From sequence record MK250027.1: a stretch of DNA of 64,000 nt; one strand, given 5' to 3'. Made by a program: the position numbers and the translations under genes. Of this stretch, positions 28,283-41,125 are shown one piece after another (the first letter of the stretch is position 1; each line of letters begins with the position of its first letter). Under the pieces are notes generated by a model. That model was given only the letters and a program-made list of their open reading frames with translations. It was not told the origin of the DNA and ran no database searches.

Positions 28283-29665
28283 TTAAGAATTGTCTGGGAC
28301 AATTTTATACCAATACAAACTATATTTTGATTTTGATGATGTATTTGTATATCCTTTTACTTTTAGCGCATAAGACGCTTTTATATGCAAATGAATTAAA
28401 CCGCCTTCATAATCTGTAGGTATATTTATATTTGGTGATTGAGTATTTACTATATTATTATTACCATCATCCAAAAAATATGATATGCTATCATCAGTAT
28501 ATATATCATTTATAGCTGTTGCATGTTCACTAAAACCATAATTACCTGAACCCTATATAAAAAGTACAGCATCACCTGGTTCATCATTTGCACTATGTAT
28601 TGATATACCATTATCTATTGAGTGTCCAGTTATATCATCATTACCTGTATTATCAGGTATTGCTTTATTTTCTACTGTATAATATACTTTATAATATGTT
28701 ATTAATGATATATCATCTATATCTTTCATTTTTACATCATTTTCAGATAGATTATGTAATTTTGCATATAATGGTATAATTACATCAGTCTTTAATTGAT
28801 AAGCGGATATTCTAAATAATTTATTCCATTTTATAATAGTTCCTAATTTCTAATATAATGTCAAATCACATAATTTTAATGGTTGCTAATTATCTATTAT
28901 ATATTGGTCTTCTTTAGATACCAATTTATCATCATTTATAAATAATGTAGGCATATATTTATTATTAAAATATATTTTCCTACAAGGTAAATTACCACTT
29001 TTTATAACAATATATAATTCACCGGATAATAATTCCTATACAGTTGGTACATATGTTCCATCATACTAAACTGTTTCCTGCCTATCTTCTACATTTGGAT
29101 CTTGTCTTTCTTTATCAATATTAATATATTCATACCCAATTGGCATTATTTCATATGTATCTGCAACAATGTTATTATCTTTATCATCCGCGGTAAAATA
29201 ATATTCTCCATCATAATCTGTATTATTTCTGTTCTTGTCATTTAATGCTTTTATATATTCATATCCATATTCACAAAAAATATCTTCCAAACTTGCTTCA
29301 TTTGCATCTGTTGCAAATGCTTTATTTAATACACAGCCAGAAAACTTATTTATATCAATATCACCAGAATTTATTGTACTTTTATATTTTCGTAATAAAT
29401 CTAAATTATAATAATTATCATCTAATGTATTTTCATCAAAATATGTTTCATTTATCTTTACAATTCTATCTTCTGGTGTTATATCATGTCTATATGTTCC
29501 ATAATTTCTATAATACTCATTGTTTACCATATGTTCATTTGCTGCTATATCTGCAACTTTTTTATTATTTAAATCATATGATAAACGGTCATAACGATTA
29601 AATTCAAATATTTTTGTATATGAATTTAATATTTTTTCATATTCATTATTAACAATATCTGCCAT
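28283..29665 (-). CDS. Hypothetical protein (460 aa, TAG=Gln), possibly structural
   Basis: Track ORFs 29066-29665 and 28283-28474 share a frame; only TAG interruptions were seen between them. Confidence 0.7.
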
Positions 29666-29737
29666 ATATTTTGTATTATATTGTTTATATTATTTATTTT
29701 TTGATAAATAAAGAAAAATATATTGATTATTTATATA

Positions 29738-30160
29738 ATGATTACTATATATAAAGGTAAAGATGAAGATACTGCTATAATACCATTAAGTTTTTAGCTT
29801 TTGAATGGTAAGCAAAATATTAATTGGACAACTGAAATAATAAAAAATGATGCAGCTGCATATAAATCTAATATAACTGATGATAAATTAAAAAAGTAGG
29901 TAGATTCTGCTATAAATTATATAAAGTTTAATACTCCGAGCGTTACCGCAAATGAATATACAATAAGTAATGATAATAACTTAAAATCATCATTATTAGA
30001 GAACGAAATAGATTTATATTATATAGAAAATTTTACATATGTATTAGATAGTGACAGTTATACAAATTATAGTACGTCAGATGAAAAATCAAGAGGAAAA
30101 GATGATTATATGTTTACTATAATACCAAATACAATAGATGTTGAAGTAAAAAATGAATGA
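29738..30160 (+). CDS. Hypothetical protein (140 aa, two TAG; absent from ORF track)
   Basis: ATG 29738 MITIYKGKDEDTAIIPLSF(Q)LLNGK... to TGA 30158. Confidence 0.65.
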
Positions 30161-30186
30161 AAACTTTTTTACTTCAACATCATCAT

Positions 30187-32025
30187 TTATGAAAATATTA
30201 TATATTTAACTTTTACAGGAATATCATTAGGATTATATACTAATAAACTCTATAATAAATTTTTAATAGGTAATTGTTTATCATCATCTTTGCCTATTAG
30301 CATATATCCATCACCAACTCTTAGCCATAAATCATTAGAAGAAAGGTATTCCATGTACTTATATAATCCTATGATATTTTCTTTCATTCCGTCATGTGAA
30401 TCAACAAATTTAATATTTGTTTTATTAGGATTATTTTCCCACATATCATTATCTTCACTATTTACATTAGCATCTATATACATATCTGGATTATGATACT
30501 TTATAGATTCACCTTCAAATTGTTGTCGTTCCTAACTTGCAGGAAATCTATAGAAATCATTATTTATATTCTAATTATTATCATAAGCAGGAATATATAA
30601 GTTATCAAAACTATTTGTAAATCCATCATTAGATGAAATGTCATTTAACGGCAAATTATTATAATCTTCTATATATTGTTTCTTTTCATCTGGTATCAAA
30701 GCATTTATTTGAACAGTTGCTAATGCTTTTTCAAATAACATGGTTTTCTTCTATGAACGAATCTAACCACCAAAATATGAATTCAATATAGGTAATGAAA
30801 CAGGTATACAAATCTCTACCTAATCTGCAACATGATTTACCCATAATACACTTGTATCATAATCTTCATCATCAGGCCAATTAGGAATCAAAACAATACC
30901 TCTCATAGATCCATTAGGGTATTTCACGCATCCTATTCTCTTATTTAAATCTTCATAACAATTAGATGGTCCCATTGCATTTTTCATTTTAAATATAAAT
31001 GATTTTATTTCATCTAATATTTTTACAATATCATATATATTATAATAAGAAAAAACTCCTGTAAAATATTTCTTATAAATTTCTGGATACTTCTATATAA
31101 TAATATCATGAAATTTCTTTGAAAATATTAATATACCATTCTATTCAAAACATGGTAAAAAGAATCTCTTTATAACATCTATTTCATATACAAATGTATT
31201 GAAATCATCTAATATAATATCACTTAATTTAAGAAATCCTCTATAAATATCACATTCAATTCTATAATTATTATCAGATGCATTTTTTTCTCCCACTAAT
31301 CTTGGTTTATATTTTTCCAATAAACTGATAATTAAATCTTTTGTTATTTCTGGTTCTACAAAAGGAGAATCTTCAAACTCACCAACTTCGCCTTTATTAT
31401 TTTCGTCATTTCTACATATAGGAATGATTTTCACATTACGAACGATAAAGTCATATCCTTCTTCTGTACTTTCAAAATTAATATAGTCTATTTGTGATTC
31501 TGATGTATCTACATCGTCATAAGTTTTGATTGATATAGAAATAGGTACCTTTAACTTATTTAATTGATTCTGGACCAAAATTACAAATGATCCATAAGTT
31601 TCTCTTACAGTAGATGATTCGACATGAACATTATATTTTTTATTATTCTACTTATAAAGAATATCAAACCCTATATTACAATAACTCTCATAATCTTCTG
31701 TTGTTGATATAATTTCATTAATTAAGAAAAACTATGATTTATATGTTTCTCCATATTCATTTCCCTAAAGGAGATATGCTGAATGCGGTTGGAGAATTTT
31801 TGTCTCAACATTATATTGTGTTATACCAGCGGCATGAATAGTAGACATATCAATAGAAGCTAAAATATCTCCGTTTGAATCTGTTATCTATCCTTGTGAA
31901 CCTGATATATCAAATGATGTATCATCTTCATTTATAGAAGATGAACACTTATAACCTGAATCTGCTACACTGTTATCTCTTGAATATAATTGATAAAATA
32001 AATTCTTATTCTTTGTTGTTGCCAT
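30187..32025 (-). CDS. Hypothetical, probably structural protein (612 aa, TAG=Gln)
   Basis: Translated continuously from ATG 32025 (MATTKNKNLFYQLY) to TAA 30187 with only TAG interruptions; preceded by the 17-mer. Confidence 0.75.
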
Positions 32026-32042
32026 TTCTGGTATATATAAAT

Positions 32043-32059
32043 TTCTTTTTATATTTATT
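32043..32059 (-). promoter_or_regulatory. Putative late-promoter 17-mer (copy 3)
   Basis: Plus strand ttctttttatatttatt is the reverse complement of AATAAATATAAAAAGAA. Confidence 0.55.
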
Positions 32060-32067
32060 AAAATTAA

Positions 32068-32101
32068 AAAATGGAACCTATATTAAAATAAGTTCCATTT
32101 T
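32068..32101 (-). terminator. Intrinsic terminator after the tape-measure-like gene
   Basis: AAAATGGAAC/GTTCCATTTT stem. Confidence 0.6.
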
Positions 32102-32111
32102 ATATAATATA

Positions 32112-35100
32112 TTATGCATTTTTAAAGAAACCGTCTATTGTAGTATTTTTAAAATAGAATGTAACTCTACCTTGCATAGGCATATTATTACCGTAATAAT
32201 TATTGTTTGTATTACCTGATCTATTTGGTTGATGAACACCTCGTTGTTGAGTAACAGCTCTATTACCTGGTTGAACAACTTGATGTTGCTATGTATTACC
32301 TTGTGACTTATTAGTATTACTTGGTGTATTTGTAGTAATAAGGTCAAGTAATTCTCTAATACCATCAAATCTACTAAGAATCTTATTCTCATCAAGACTT
32401 TCAAACGCAAATCGCATTCTATCTACTGCAGTCGCTATATTATTAACTTTATTAGCAAACTCTTGCAACGCTTGATTACGTTTCTTTTCATTATTAATAA
32501 TCTAATCATCTAATGCTTTAAGCGCTTTACGAGCAGATTCAAGCTTTGTCGTATATATTTCTACTTTAGATGTTGTTACCTAAATCTAAGATGTAAATGT
32601 TTTTAACCTTGATGTATAAGTTCTTAATGAACCAGAAGTTACGTTCATATTTCTGTTTATTTCAGGAGACGTTAATCTCTTTATATTATTAATGAACATA
32701 TCAATATGAAGACCTAACTATTTCTAACTATTCATTTCTCTTGAAAGATATATCATCTTCTCTGCAATTTCAAGATAAAGATCCATAAACTAACCTGTTG
32801 TTTGAAAATTAACTTTTTCTGAATTATTAGATAATGATCTCATCTATGATTCCATCTTTGTTAATACAGTTCCGAACTAAGATACAATGGATGATGGTTT
32901 AACTTTATCATTATATGTAAGTTGATTTATAATCTTTCTATATACACTGGCAATCTGATAAACGCCATCTACGAATTTCTTTGCATCTTTTGTACTCTAT
33001 ATAGATGTTTCGAATATCTTACTTGAGTTACTGAAATATGTTGCTAACTATGTCAATACAGATGTAAATTTAGTCGCAACTTCACTACCTTGTGATAATA
33101 CTTTCCCTTGATCATCTGTCATCGCTTTGATAATTTTAGATAAAGAATCTACTGATTTTTTAATAGTTCCCATTACCTACATAACTATTTTTGCAGTTGA
33201 TTGAATCTTATTATATTTCTCCATATTTTCTTTAGTAGAAAGATTATCAGAAATAATAGTAATAAAATCTACAAATGCATTAGCGATATTTTTAGATATT
33301 GTTCTAATAAAATTAGGTTGTAAACACAAATAATCTTTAGACTATGCCGTTGTTCCTTTCTTATTAGATGTTAATCCTAAGAATGGTTTTAATGTTGCTG
33401 AGAAATTTTTAACTGCAGTCATTATAGGATTTATAGTATTCTTTATAATATCTGCTATTGATTCTGCTTTTTCTATAAAACCTTCATTTGCAAAACTTTG
33501 TACAAGATAATTTATAAATTCTACAAACATTCTGCCAACTTCTCTTGCAGCCTATGTAAATGCTCCTTTTTTAAGTTTCTTAGTAATAGGTATTAATTTA
33601 CCATCTTTATCTTTTTCATAATGATCTACATAAACGCCGGTAGCTAACTTTAATATTGCATCTACATATTTTCCTAATCCTTCCATAACAGGTCCAACAG
33701 AACCACCTATTGCATTTAATGCATCCTCTGTTTTATTTCCCCAAAAAGAACCATGTCTTTCAAATACTGTAACTAACTCATCTATAAAAATACCAAATGT
33801 AGTTGCTACCGAAATAGCTGCATTTAAGAAGTCATCCGGTGTTACTTTAGCTAAATGTGGAACTGTATAATTACCGTCTTTATCTTGCATATAGTAATCT
33901 GTATATGTTCCTGTTGCTAGTTTCATTATTGCATCAACAAATTTACTAACACCATCCATAATAGGCATAATAGAATCTTTCATTGCATCCATTGCCCATA
34001 TCATATTAGGTTGTAATTGTTTAAATGATGTCCCAAGCTATTCTATAAAATTACCAAATGAAGCTGATACAAATATAGCAGATGTAAAGAATATAGAAGG
34101 GTCAACCTATTCATATTCAGGTTTACCATTTTTATCATATCCTGTTACTATTTGCATCGTTGCAACTTTAATAACTGTATCAACAAATTTAGAAACTGCA
34201 TCCATAACGGGTTCCATTACCTATCCAACAGTAGATATTGCTAACATTGCATTAACTGACATCTTATCAAACGCGTCACTTAAACATTGTAAAAATATGC
34301 TAAACTATACAGATATAGCAAGAGCTGCGTTACTAAATTCTGTTGCTGTTAATTTCTTATATATTGGGTTCTTCTTATTATCATATCCTATAATATATGT
34401 TCCTGTTGCTAGTTTCATTACAACATCTACAAATTTTCCAACAGTATCAATAATAGGATTAAGCGCTAATGTTAACACGCTTAATACAACAAGTTTTAAA
34501 GCAACCATTGCGTTAAATCCGGCACTTAATTTAGAAATAAATGTTGTAAATCCATTTGTAACTGCTTCTGCTGCCTATTCAAATACAGTTGCTGGTAAAT
34601 GTTCATACATAGGTTTACCATTATCATCATATCCTGCTATATAATTCATTGTAGCAACTTTCATTATAATATCAATATATTTTGATATTGTATTTAATAT
34701 AGGTCTTAATGCTAATGAAATAACTAATGCCATTGCAGTTCCATTAAAACCGCTAAATGCTTTAACAATAGCTTGCATAGATCCTAAAACACTATTTTTA
34801 TCATCATTACCTTTACCTATCATCAATTCAGAAAATGTTTGAATCATCTTAGCATTACATATTTCTGTTATATATTTCATCTCAGAAACAGTTAATGCTA
34901 ATACACCAAATACTGCCATAATAATAGGTGAAAAAGCTGCTGCCGCTGTTGCCTATACCATCTATACAGGATTTGGAGCTGCTGCTTTTATAACATCAAA
35001 CATTACTTCAAATAATGTTACTGCAGTCTCCCCTGTTTTTTTAAGTTTCTCAGTATTATATGGTAACATTAATTCCAACGCTTTCATGAATAATATCATG

Positions 35101-38081
35101 GTTCCTGTTACAACAGTCATCACACCTGCAATTGCCGTCATTACTACAGCACCTAATGTAATAAATGGAAGAATAGGCGTCATCGCACCTAATGCAGTCA
35201 TAAATGTTCCCATAATAGTTAACAAACCTATCATTGTAGCTGCACCTAAAAATACTGCGCCACCTTTATTTAAATCATCAATTTTCTTTGCTTCCCATGC
35301 GAATAAAACCATTGTTCCTCCAACAATATCCATCACTGCACCAATAGCGGACATAACAATACCACCTATAATAGTATCTGGTAAAAATTTCTCTAATTTA
35401 GAAACACCGTACATTACCAAACCCATTAGACCTAAAACACCTGCCATAACAGCAGCACCTAAAAATACTGCACCACCTTCATTTAATTCTAATATTTTCT
35501 TAGATTCTATTGCAAATGCTAAACATGCAGTCCCTATTACTAACATAACTATTGCAACTGCAGTCATAATAACTGCACCAACTGCTAATTCAACTGCATA
35601 CTTATCTGCGAATTTTCCTATAAAGAATAATACAGTTCCAAATATCGCTAATGTTCCTATCACAACACCTGCACCTATTAATGCGTCGTCCCACATTTTA
35701 CCAATAGGAATCAATATATCTTTAACAATCAATGATATACCTAATAAAATAAATGCCATTGCCGCTGTTGCAAATATTGCATATGCTGCTTTCTTACCAT
35801 CTACTTTAGCCAAGAAATAAGTACCTGCAATAAGAGTAATAATAATGAATAATGTAATACCCATTCCTATACCTGCTTCTTTACCATTCTAACCTATAGG
35901 AATAAGTAAATCTTTTGTAATCAATGCAATACCCATATAAATAATTGCAAGAGTAGCAGTAGCAAGAACACCCCATAAGGCTTTCTTTCCATTTACCATA
36001 TTCAATACATAAACGCCTGCAACTAATCCTGCTATTATAAACATTGTTACTATTGCACCTAAATAAACTTCCGGCGCTTTCTTTCCAATAGGTATTAAAA
36101 ACGCAACAGATATAATAGCAACCAATGCAAACACAGCAGATATTTTAATAAGATTATTTACCCCTCTATCTATACGTTTACCATGTTTATCTAATGATTT
36201 AACTGCAAATATGCCTAATGCTATAATAAAAGATATAACCAACGCACCTTTTGATACATCATCTAATCTCTTGCCAATAGGTGCCAATAATGTTGCTGAC
36301 ACCAAAGCTATAATTGCAAATACAGCAGAAATCTTTAACATTGCATCTGTAGCGTATGTTAATTTCTTATTACCTATTTTAGACAATTTATTAACAATGA
36401 AAATAGTTCCTGCAGTAAATAATGTAAGTATTCCTATAGATGCAAGTATAGTTTCCGTACTATTATTTTTAACAGTTAACGATAATAATAACATTGATAC
36501 AGATAATGACATAATCATTATTCCAATACCAGTTAAAACACCCTGTACATTTTTAAGGCTCTTATCTAATTTCTTCTCTGATAAATCTTCTATCAAACTC
36601 TTAAATCCAGAAACAGCAACTCTCATAACAATTAAACTTGCTACAACTGCAGTTAATCCAACAATCTTAGTTACAATAGATAATCCTATAATAATACCGC
36701 CTATCATACCTATTGCTGAACTTAAACTTCTTATTATCACCTATGCTCCTTTTACATCTTTAACTTTTAATTTTTTAGCTAAATCTGTAATAGTATTCTT
36801 CATGAATTTAATCAAATACCTAACTACTAAAACAGATTCAATTATTGTTTTAAAAGATGTTAGCTTAATAGTTAATGCAATGAATACAATACCGTATAAT
36901 AATGTTTTCAATGCATTATTCCATGCATTCATAAAAGATGATAAAACTTTAACTTGTTTTACATCCCATTTTTCTTTTAATATTGTGTTAAAGAAATCTA
37001 CTATTTTCTATGCACGTTTCTGTGTTAATGATTTTACAGCAAACATGAAATTAAGAATCTATATCTTCTTAATATCAAATATTACATTTAATAGCTATAC
37101 CATACTATTAACAGTTTGTGCAACCGTTTTATTATCTGGTATTTCCGTTGCAAATGCGACAAAGAAACTCGCAAGCATTTTAGCAGTAATAGGATTCAAT
37201 ACCTTCATTACTTTAAATATAGAAAACTTCTATTCAGGATCTGCTATCTTTACTAAAGGATCTAATATACCACCAATATATTTAACGTTCTCACTTATTT
37301 CTTTTCCTTTTAAATATTTAGCGATCTATCCTATGAACTAACCTAATTGTCTGCCTAATAACCAACCTCTTATAGGATTAAGACTTATCTACATTTTAAA
37401 AACATTTGATGTTACCAATGCGGATAATCCTCCCATCAAGTCTCCAATGGGTTTAATTATTTTTTGAATATCTTTATTTTTTAATTTCGTTTTACTAATA
37501 GACGAAACTAATGCAGATATAAATTTGCCTAAACGTTGTGCAGTTTTAACATCAAGCTTCCCAATATTTTCCTATAACTTAATCATATCAAGAGCAACAA
37601 GTTTGGACATTGTTTCAACAACTGCTTTAATTATACCGACACTTCGTCCTACTGATTTAGAATTCTATATTGTTAACCCTTGTATAAAATCAACTATTTT
37701 TTTTGCGCCTTCTGCATTTATTTCTGTCATTTTATTAATAGCTTTCAGAAAACTATCAATATTTGTAAATGTATTGTCATCAACTTTAAGACTTGATAAA
37801 ACTGTATTTACATTTCCTATAGATGTGGCAACTTTATTCAAAACATCATTGTCAATCTATTCCATGGATACAAGTCCTTTTGACAACTTCTCCAACTATT
37901 CTCCAACAGTTGCTGCTGATTCCTCTTTAGCAGTCTCAACGATACCCTATAACAAACTGATTATAGTAGAATCAGCTTTCTGTTCAATAGTTTCTTTCTT
38001 TTTCTCCTATTGCTGACTTACCATAGTGTCCAAAATATTAAATATACCGTTAAGTGCTTCTTCTGAAGACATTTGTGCCAT
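32112..38081 (-). CDS. Tape-measure-like protein (1989 aa, TAG=Gln) with long hydrophobic segment and internal repeats
   Basis: Track fragments 33342-36932 share one frame; ATG 38081 (MAQMSSEEALNG) to TAA 32112. Mostly helical, Ala/Ile/Leu-rich, with a multi-TM-like region at about 34900-36750. Confidence 0.7.
33380..34720 (-). repeat. Five repeats of about 85-90 aa in the tape-measure-like protein
   Basis: P[IV]xxx[IV]xK[FY][VI]Dxx[MIL]K[LV]AT...[GH]Y[DE]xxxxPxY...FxxAA...FxxF; e.g. PILNTISKYIDIIMKVATMNYIAGYDDNGKPMY, PIIDTVGKFVDVVMKLATGTYIIGYDNKKNPIY, PVMEGLGKYVDAILKLATGVYVDHYEKDKDGKL. Confidence 0.8.
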
Positions 38082-38104
38082 ATCGTTTTAATGTAATTTA
38101 ATTT

Positions 38105-38464
38105 TTACTTAGATGTTGTTTTCTTCTTCTGAACAACATAAACAGATTTATCTTTTAATGATTTTACTGTATATATAATACCGGAGTTTTTATCATATAA
38201 TGTTCCATATTCATAAGCCTTATTATTGTCACCATCTTTAATAGATGTTTTTATCCATTTATCATATTGAGGTAATGAATCTGACATAATTAAAGAATCT
38301 AATTGAGTAGAATTTAATGTATCATTATTCATTGTACGTACGGATGTAATAGCAACTGAATATACAGAATCTTTTACCTAATTATTATTCTTTGTACCAC
38401 ATGAATTAAATGATACCATAAGGCTCAATAAAGAACCAACTAAAATATACTTTAAACTTTTCAT
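38105..38464 (-). CDS. Predicted lipoprotein (119 aa, one TAG)
   Basis: TAG read-through gives MKSLKYILVGSLLSLMVSFNS-CGTKNNN(Q): basic N-region, hydrophobic core, Cys lipobox. Confidence 0.7.
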
Positions 38465-38512
38465 ATTTTAAGTTTATTTAACTAAATATTTAATATATTT
38501 ATTTTTAGAATA

Positions 38513-38541
38513 TAGACTATATCATTATATTAATATATAAT
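38513..38541 (+). promoter_or_regulatory. sigma70-like promoter TAGACT-N17-TATAAT
   Basis: Exact 17-nt spacer upstream of ATG 38571; the same architecture occurs at 54586-54614 and 48897-48925. Confidence 0.65.
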
Positions 38542-38570
38542 TTATTATAAGTAAAACTATATATTCAAAT

Positions 38571-39080
38571 ATGGCAAGAAAAAAGAAAGACAATGATGAA
38601 GAAGTTGAAAAAATAAAAACTCCTAAAGCTATTGGTCCATATGACATTATATCTATGATGTTTACTAATTTTGAAGGATTCAATAAATTATCTAATACTA
38701 TATTAGATAAGAATTTCTTTATGATTAATAGAGTATTCAGTATTAAATATCCTTTACAAGGTGCATTATTTAATAGATTGAATATTAATACGGCAGGTGT
38801 TATTAAATCATGGGCAATGTTTATATCTAATAAAGAAGGATATGGACGTGTGCCTTATTTTGTATATACAAAAGGTGCGAAAAAATCAGCAGTTTCAACA
38901 TCAAAAACTGATAAATTAGATAAAGAATTAATTAAAGAATATTGTAAACGTTATAAAATTAATCTAAAAGATTTCGATATGTTAAATTCATTATATCATG
39001 ATGAATTAATTAATGATGTTAAACGATATGAAAAATTAATTTCTATTAAAGAACAAGAAAAAAATATTACAAAAAAATAA
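38571..39080 (+). CDS. Hypothetical protein; weak resemblance to T4 gp62 clamp-loader small subunit
   Basis: FMINRVFS resembles the FMINRALS-type motif of gp62 homologues; size is similar. Recognition from memory only. Confidence 0.35.
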   Translation: MARKKKDNDEEVEKIKTPKAIGPYDIISMMFTNFEGFNKLSNTILDKNFFMINRVFSIKYPLQGALFNRLNINTAGVIKSWAMFISNKEGYGRVPYFVYTKGAKKSAVSTSKTDKLDKELIKEYCKRYKINLKDFDMLNSLYHDELINDVKRYEKLISIKEQEKNITKK

Positions 39081-39098
39081 AAATCATAATAAACAAAA

Positions 39099-39728
39099 AT
39101 GATGAAAATTTATCCACAAGATTTAGTTAAGTCAATTCAAAAAGTAATTGACTCAGGTAAAGTTGAAATTACAACTTTTAAGGATTACAATGAGAATTTT
39201 ATTAAAGAAATAAATTCATGTGAGATACATATTAAATTTACTATTGATAGTAATGACAAACGAGATGCAATTATAATTATTAATAATTCAGATATTACGT
39301 CTCAATTTATTAATACATGGAGGACATCAGCACCAGGTAAATTTATGGCTCGTGATTTTAAGAAAAATAATAAAGATTTTATTGGAAACACTCTTTATCA
39401 TGTAGTTAAGTTTGAACTTAATGGAGAAAAAATGATGATATTGGTTCGACTACTTAATGAGATTACTCAAGATTGTACAGTAGAGGAAACAAAAGAACTT
39501 ATTGAAGAATATGGTGACCTTACAATTAGTGGAAAAATCTTTTCCCTTATTAAAATTGTAAGAGATAACAATAGAGATGGATGGAATTCATGGGATCGTT
39601 ATAAATCACGTGATAATAATTATCATATGAACCTTTATGAATCTTCATCATACATTGATGAAACAGATAATGACAATGACAATGAAGAAATTTCAGATGA
39701 TTCTAGTGAATCTGAACCTTTATTTTAA
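39099..39728 (+). CDS. Hypothetical protein with acidic tail
   Basis: Intact 209-aa ORF, coupled (TAATG) to the next gene. Confidence 0.7.
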   Translation: MMKIYPQDLVKSIQKVIDSGKVEITTFKDYNENFIKEINSCEIHIKFTIDSNDKRDAIIIINNSDITSQFINTWRTSAPGKFMARDFKKNNKDFIGNTLYHVVKFELNGEKMMILVRLLNEITQDCTVEETKELIEEYGDLTISGKIFSLIKIVRDNNRDGWNSWDRYKSRDNNYHMNLYESSSYIDETDNDNDNEEISDDSSESEPLF

Positions 39729-40777
39729 TGATTAAAGATATATCACAAATAAAGGATAAATCTGTTAGTTTTATAAAGGAATTTATTAATAACTGTACGA
39801 TAGAAGAAAAAATAGATGCTCATTATGTCATTGTTGAGATAACATCTAAACAACATATTACTATTAAAAAAGCAAATGGAAAAGTAGTTGATAGAGTTGA
39901 TATGATATTAAACAATATGTGGAGTCAATTAGTCACTGATTGGAATTTTATTAAACTTGCTAATCAGGAGTTTTTTAACACACATATTGGATATAATATA
40001 TCGATGTTTTATTTTCCTAATAATAAGCCTTTACTGACAGAATATCCAGATAATATAAAATATCTTATAGATAGAATTACATATAATGACGAATTAATTA
40101 ATGTAGATTCATTTGTAAATAAATTGAAATTAAAAGATAAGTTCAATATTCATATTAAACATAATTTAACAAAGAATTTATCAAATGAAATAGATACCAT
40201 TAATAAAATTAACGGTGATAGAAAATCAGATATTAATTATAAGTTATTATTTCAAAATATAATTGATAGATCTACATTATTAGCAAAAGAGCCTGAAGGA
40301 TTTATTTATAAATGGAAAAAGAATCTTTATCAGTTAACATATTATGATAGAAAAAAAATAATTCCAGAAAAAACTCAATATGAATATTTGCTTTGTGATT
40401 TTGTATCTTATTGTAAGTCACATAATTATCAAGATAAGATTCATCATAGTTATGTAAAAACCGTATGTTCTTTATTCAATGATTATATAATTAATTGGGA
40501 AGAGGTAAATCATAATATTGAAAATAATATAGATATAAACAGTATTCAATCACCATCATTAGGAACGACTTTTGATATGGGATATGAATATATACCTGAT
40601 ATTATTACAATGAATTTATGCAAATCAAATGAATTATATAAAAGTATATTTAAAGTATTATTAGCGAACCTTCGTAGAGGAAAAGATAATAGTAAATGTA
40701 TATACATGAATAAGAAACAAGTTGATGATTGGAATATTATAATGAAAAATATTAAGATTAGAACTTTAACTATTTAA
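39728..40777 (+). CDS. Divergent nucleotidyltransferase / RNA-ligase-like protein
   Basis: IEEKIDA resembles ligase motif I (KxDG); PEGFIYK resembles motif IV (EGxVxK). Confidence 0.45.
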   Translation: MIKDISQIKDKSVSFIKEFINNCTIEEKIDAHYVIVEITSKQHITIKKANGKVVDRVDMILNNMWSQLVTDWNFIKLANQEFFNTHIGYNISMFYFPNNKPLLTEYPDNIKYLIDRITYNDELINVDSFVNKLKLKDKFNIHIKHNLTKNLSNEIDTINKINGDRKSDINYKLLFQNIIDRSTLLAKEPEGFIYKWKKNLYQLTYYDRKKIIPEKTQYEYLLCDFVSYCKSHNYQDKIHHSYVKTVCSLFNDYIINWEEVNHNIENNIDINSIQSPSLGTTFDMGYEYIPDIITMNLCKSNELYKSIFKVLLANLRRGKDNSKCIYMNKKQVDDWNIIMKNIKIRTLTI

Positions 40778-40810
40778 TAAATATATAAAGTTAAATATTT
40801 TTATAGAATT

Positions 40811-41077
40811 ATGACCCATATTCATTATAATATAACAAGTACACATGTTAATCCAGAAATTCCAGGTGATAATATAGAAATTCATGAACCAAAGGAAAAA
40901 CCGGTTGAGAAAATACCTGGTTGGATGCATGTAGATCCTATAAGTACATAGATAGATTTAGAATCTGTTGCTTATCAATTATCAGATTATAAATTTACAC
41001 CAGGGTTTAAAGTTACTGTAGATGATTTACTTCATCCAAAACCTTTAGATTATGAGGCAACACCTAAATTTAAATAA
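40811..41077 (+). CDS. Hypothetical protein (88 aa, one TAG; absent from track)
   Basis: ATG 40811 MTHIHYNITSTHVNPEIPG... to TAA 41075; AATAAATATA upstream at 40776. Confidence 0.6.
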
Positions 41078-41080
41078 ATG

Positions 41081-41116
41081 AAAGAGGAATAACAAGCAAG
41101 TTATTCCTCTTTTTAT
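41081..41116. terminator. Bidirectional terminator
   Basis: AAAGAGGAATAAC/GTTATTCCTCTTT. Confidence 0.85.
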
Positions 41117-41125
41117 ATTCTATAA

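Noticed and set aside
34297-38016. Long + strand ORFs (34297, 35086, 36211, 37525)
   Set aside because: Antisense shadows of the hydrophobic tape-measure-like gene, whose codons give few stops on the opposite strand; no motifs.
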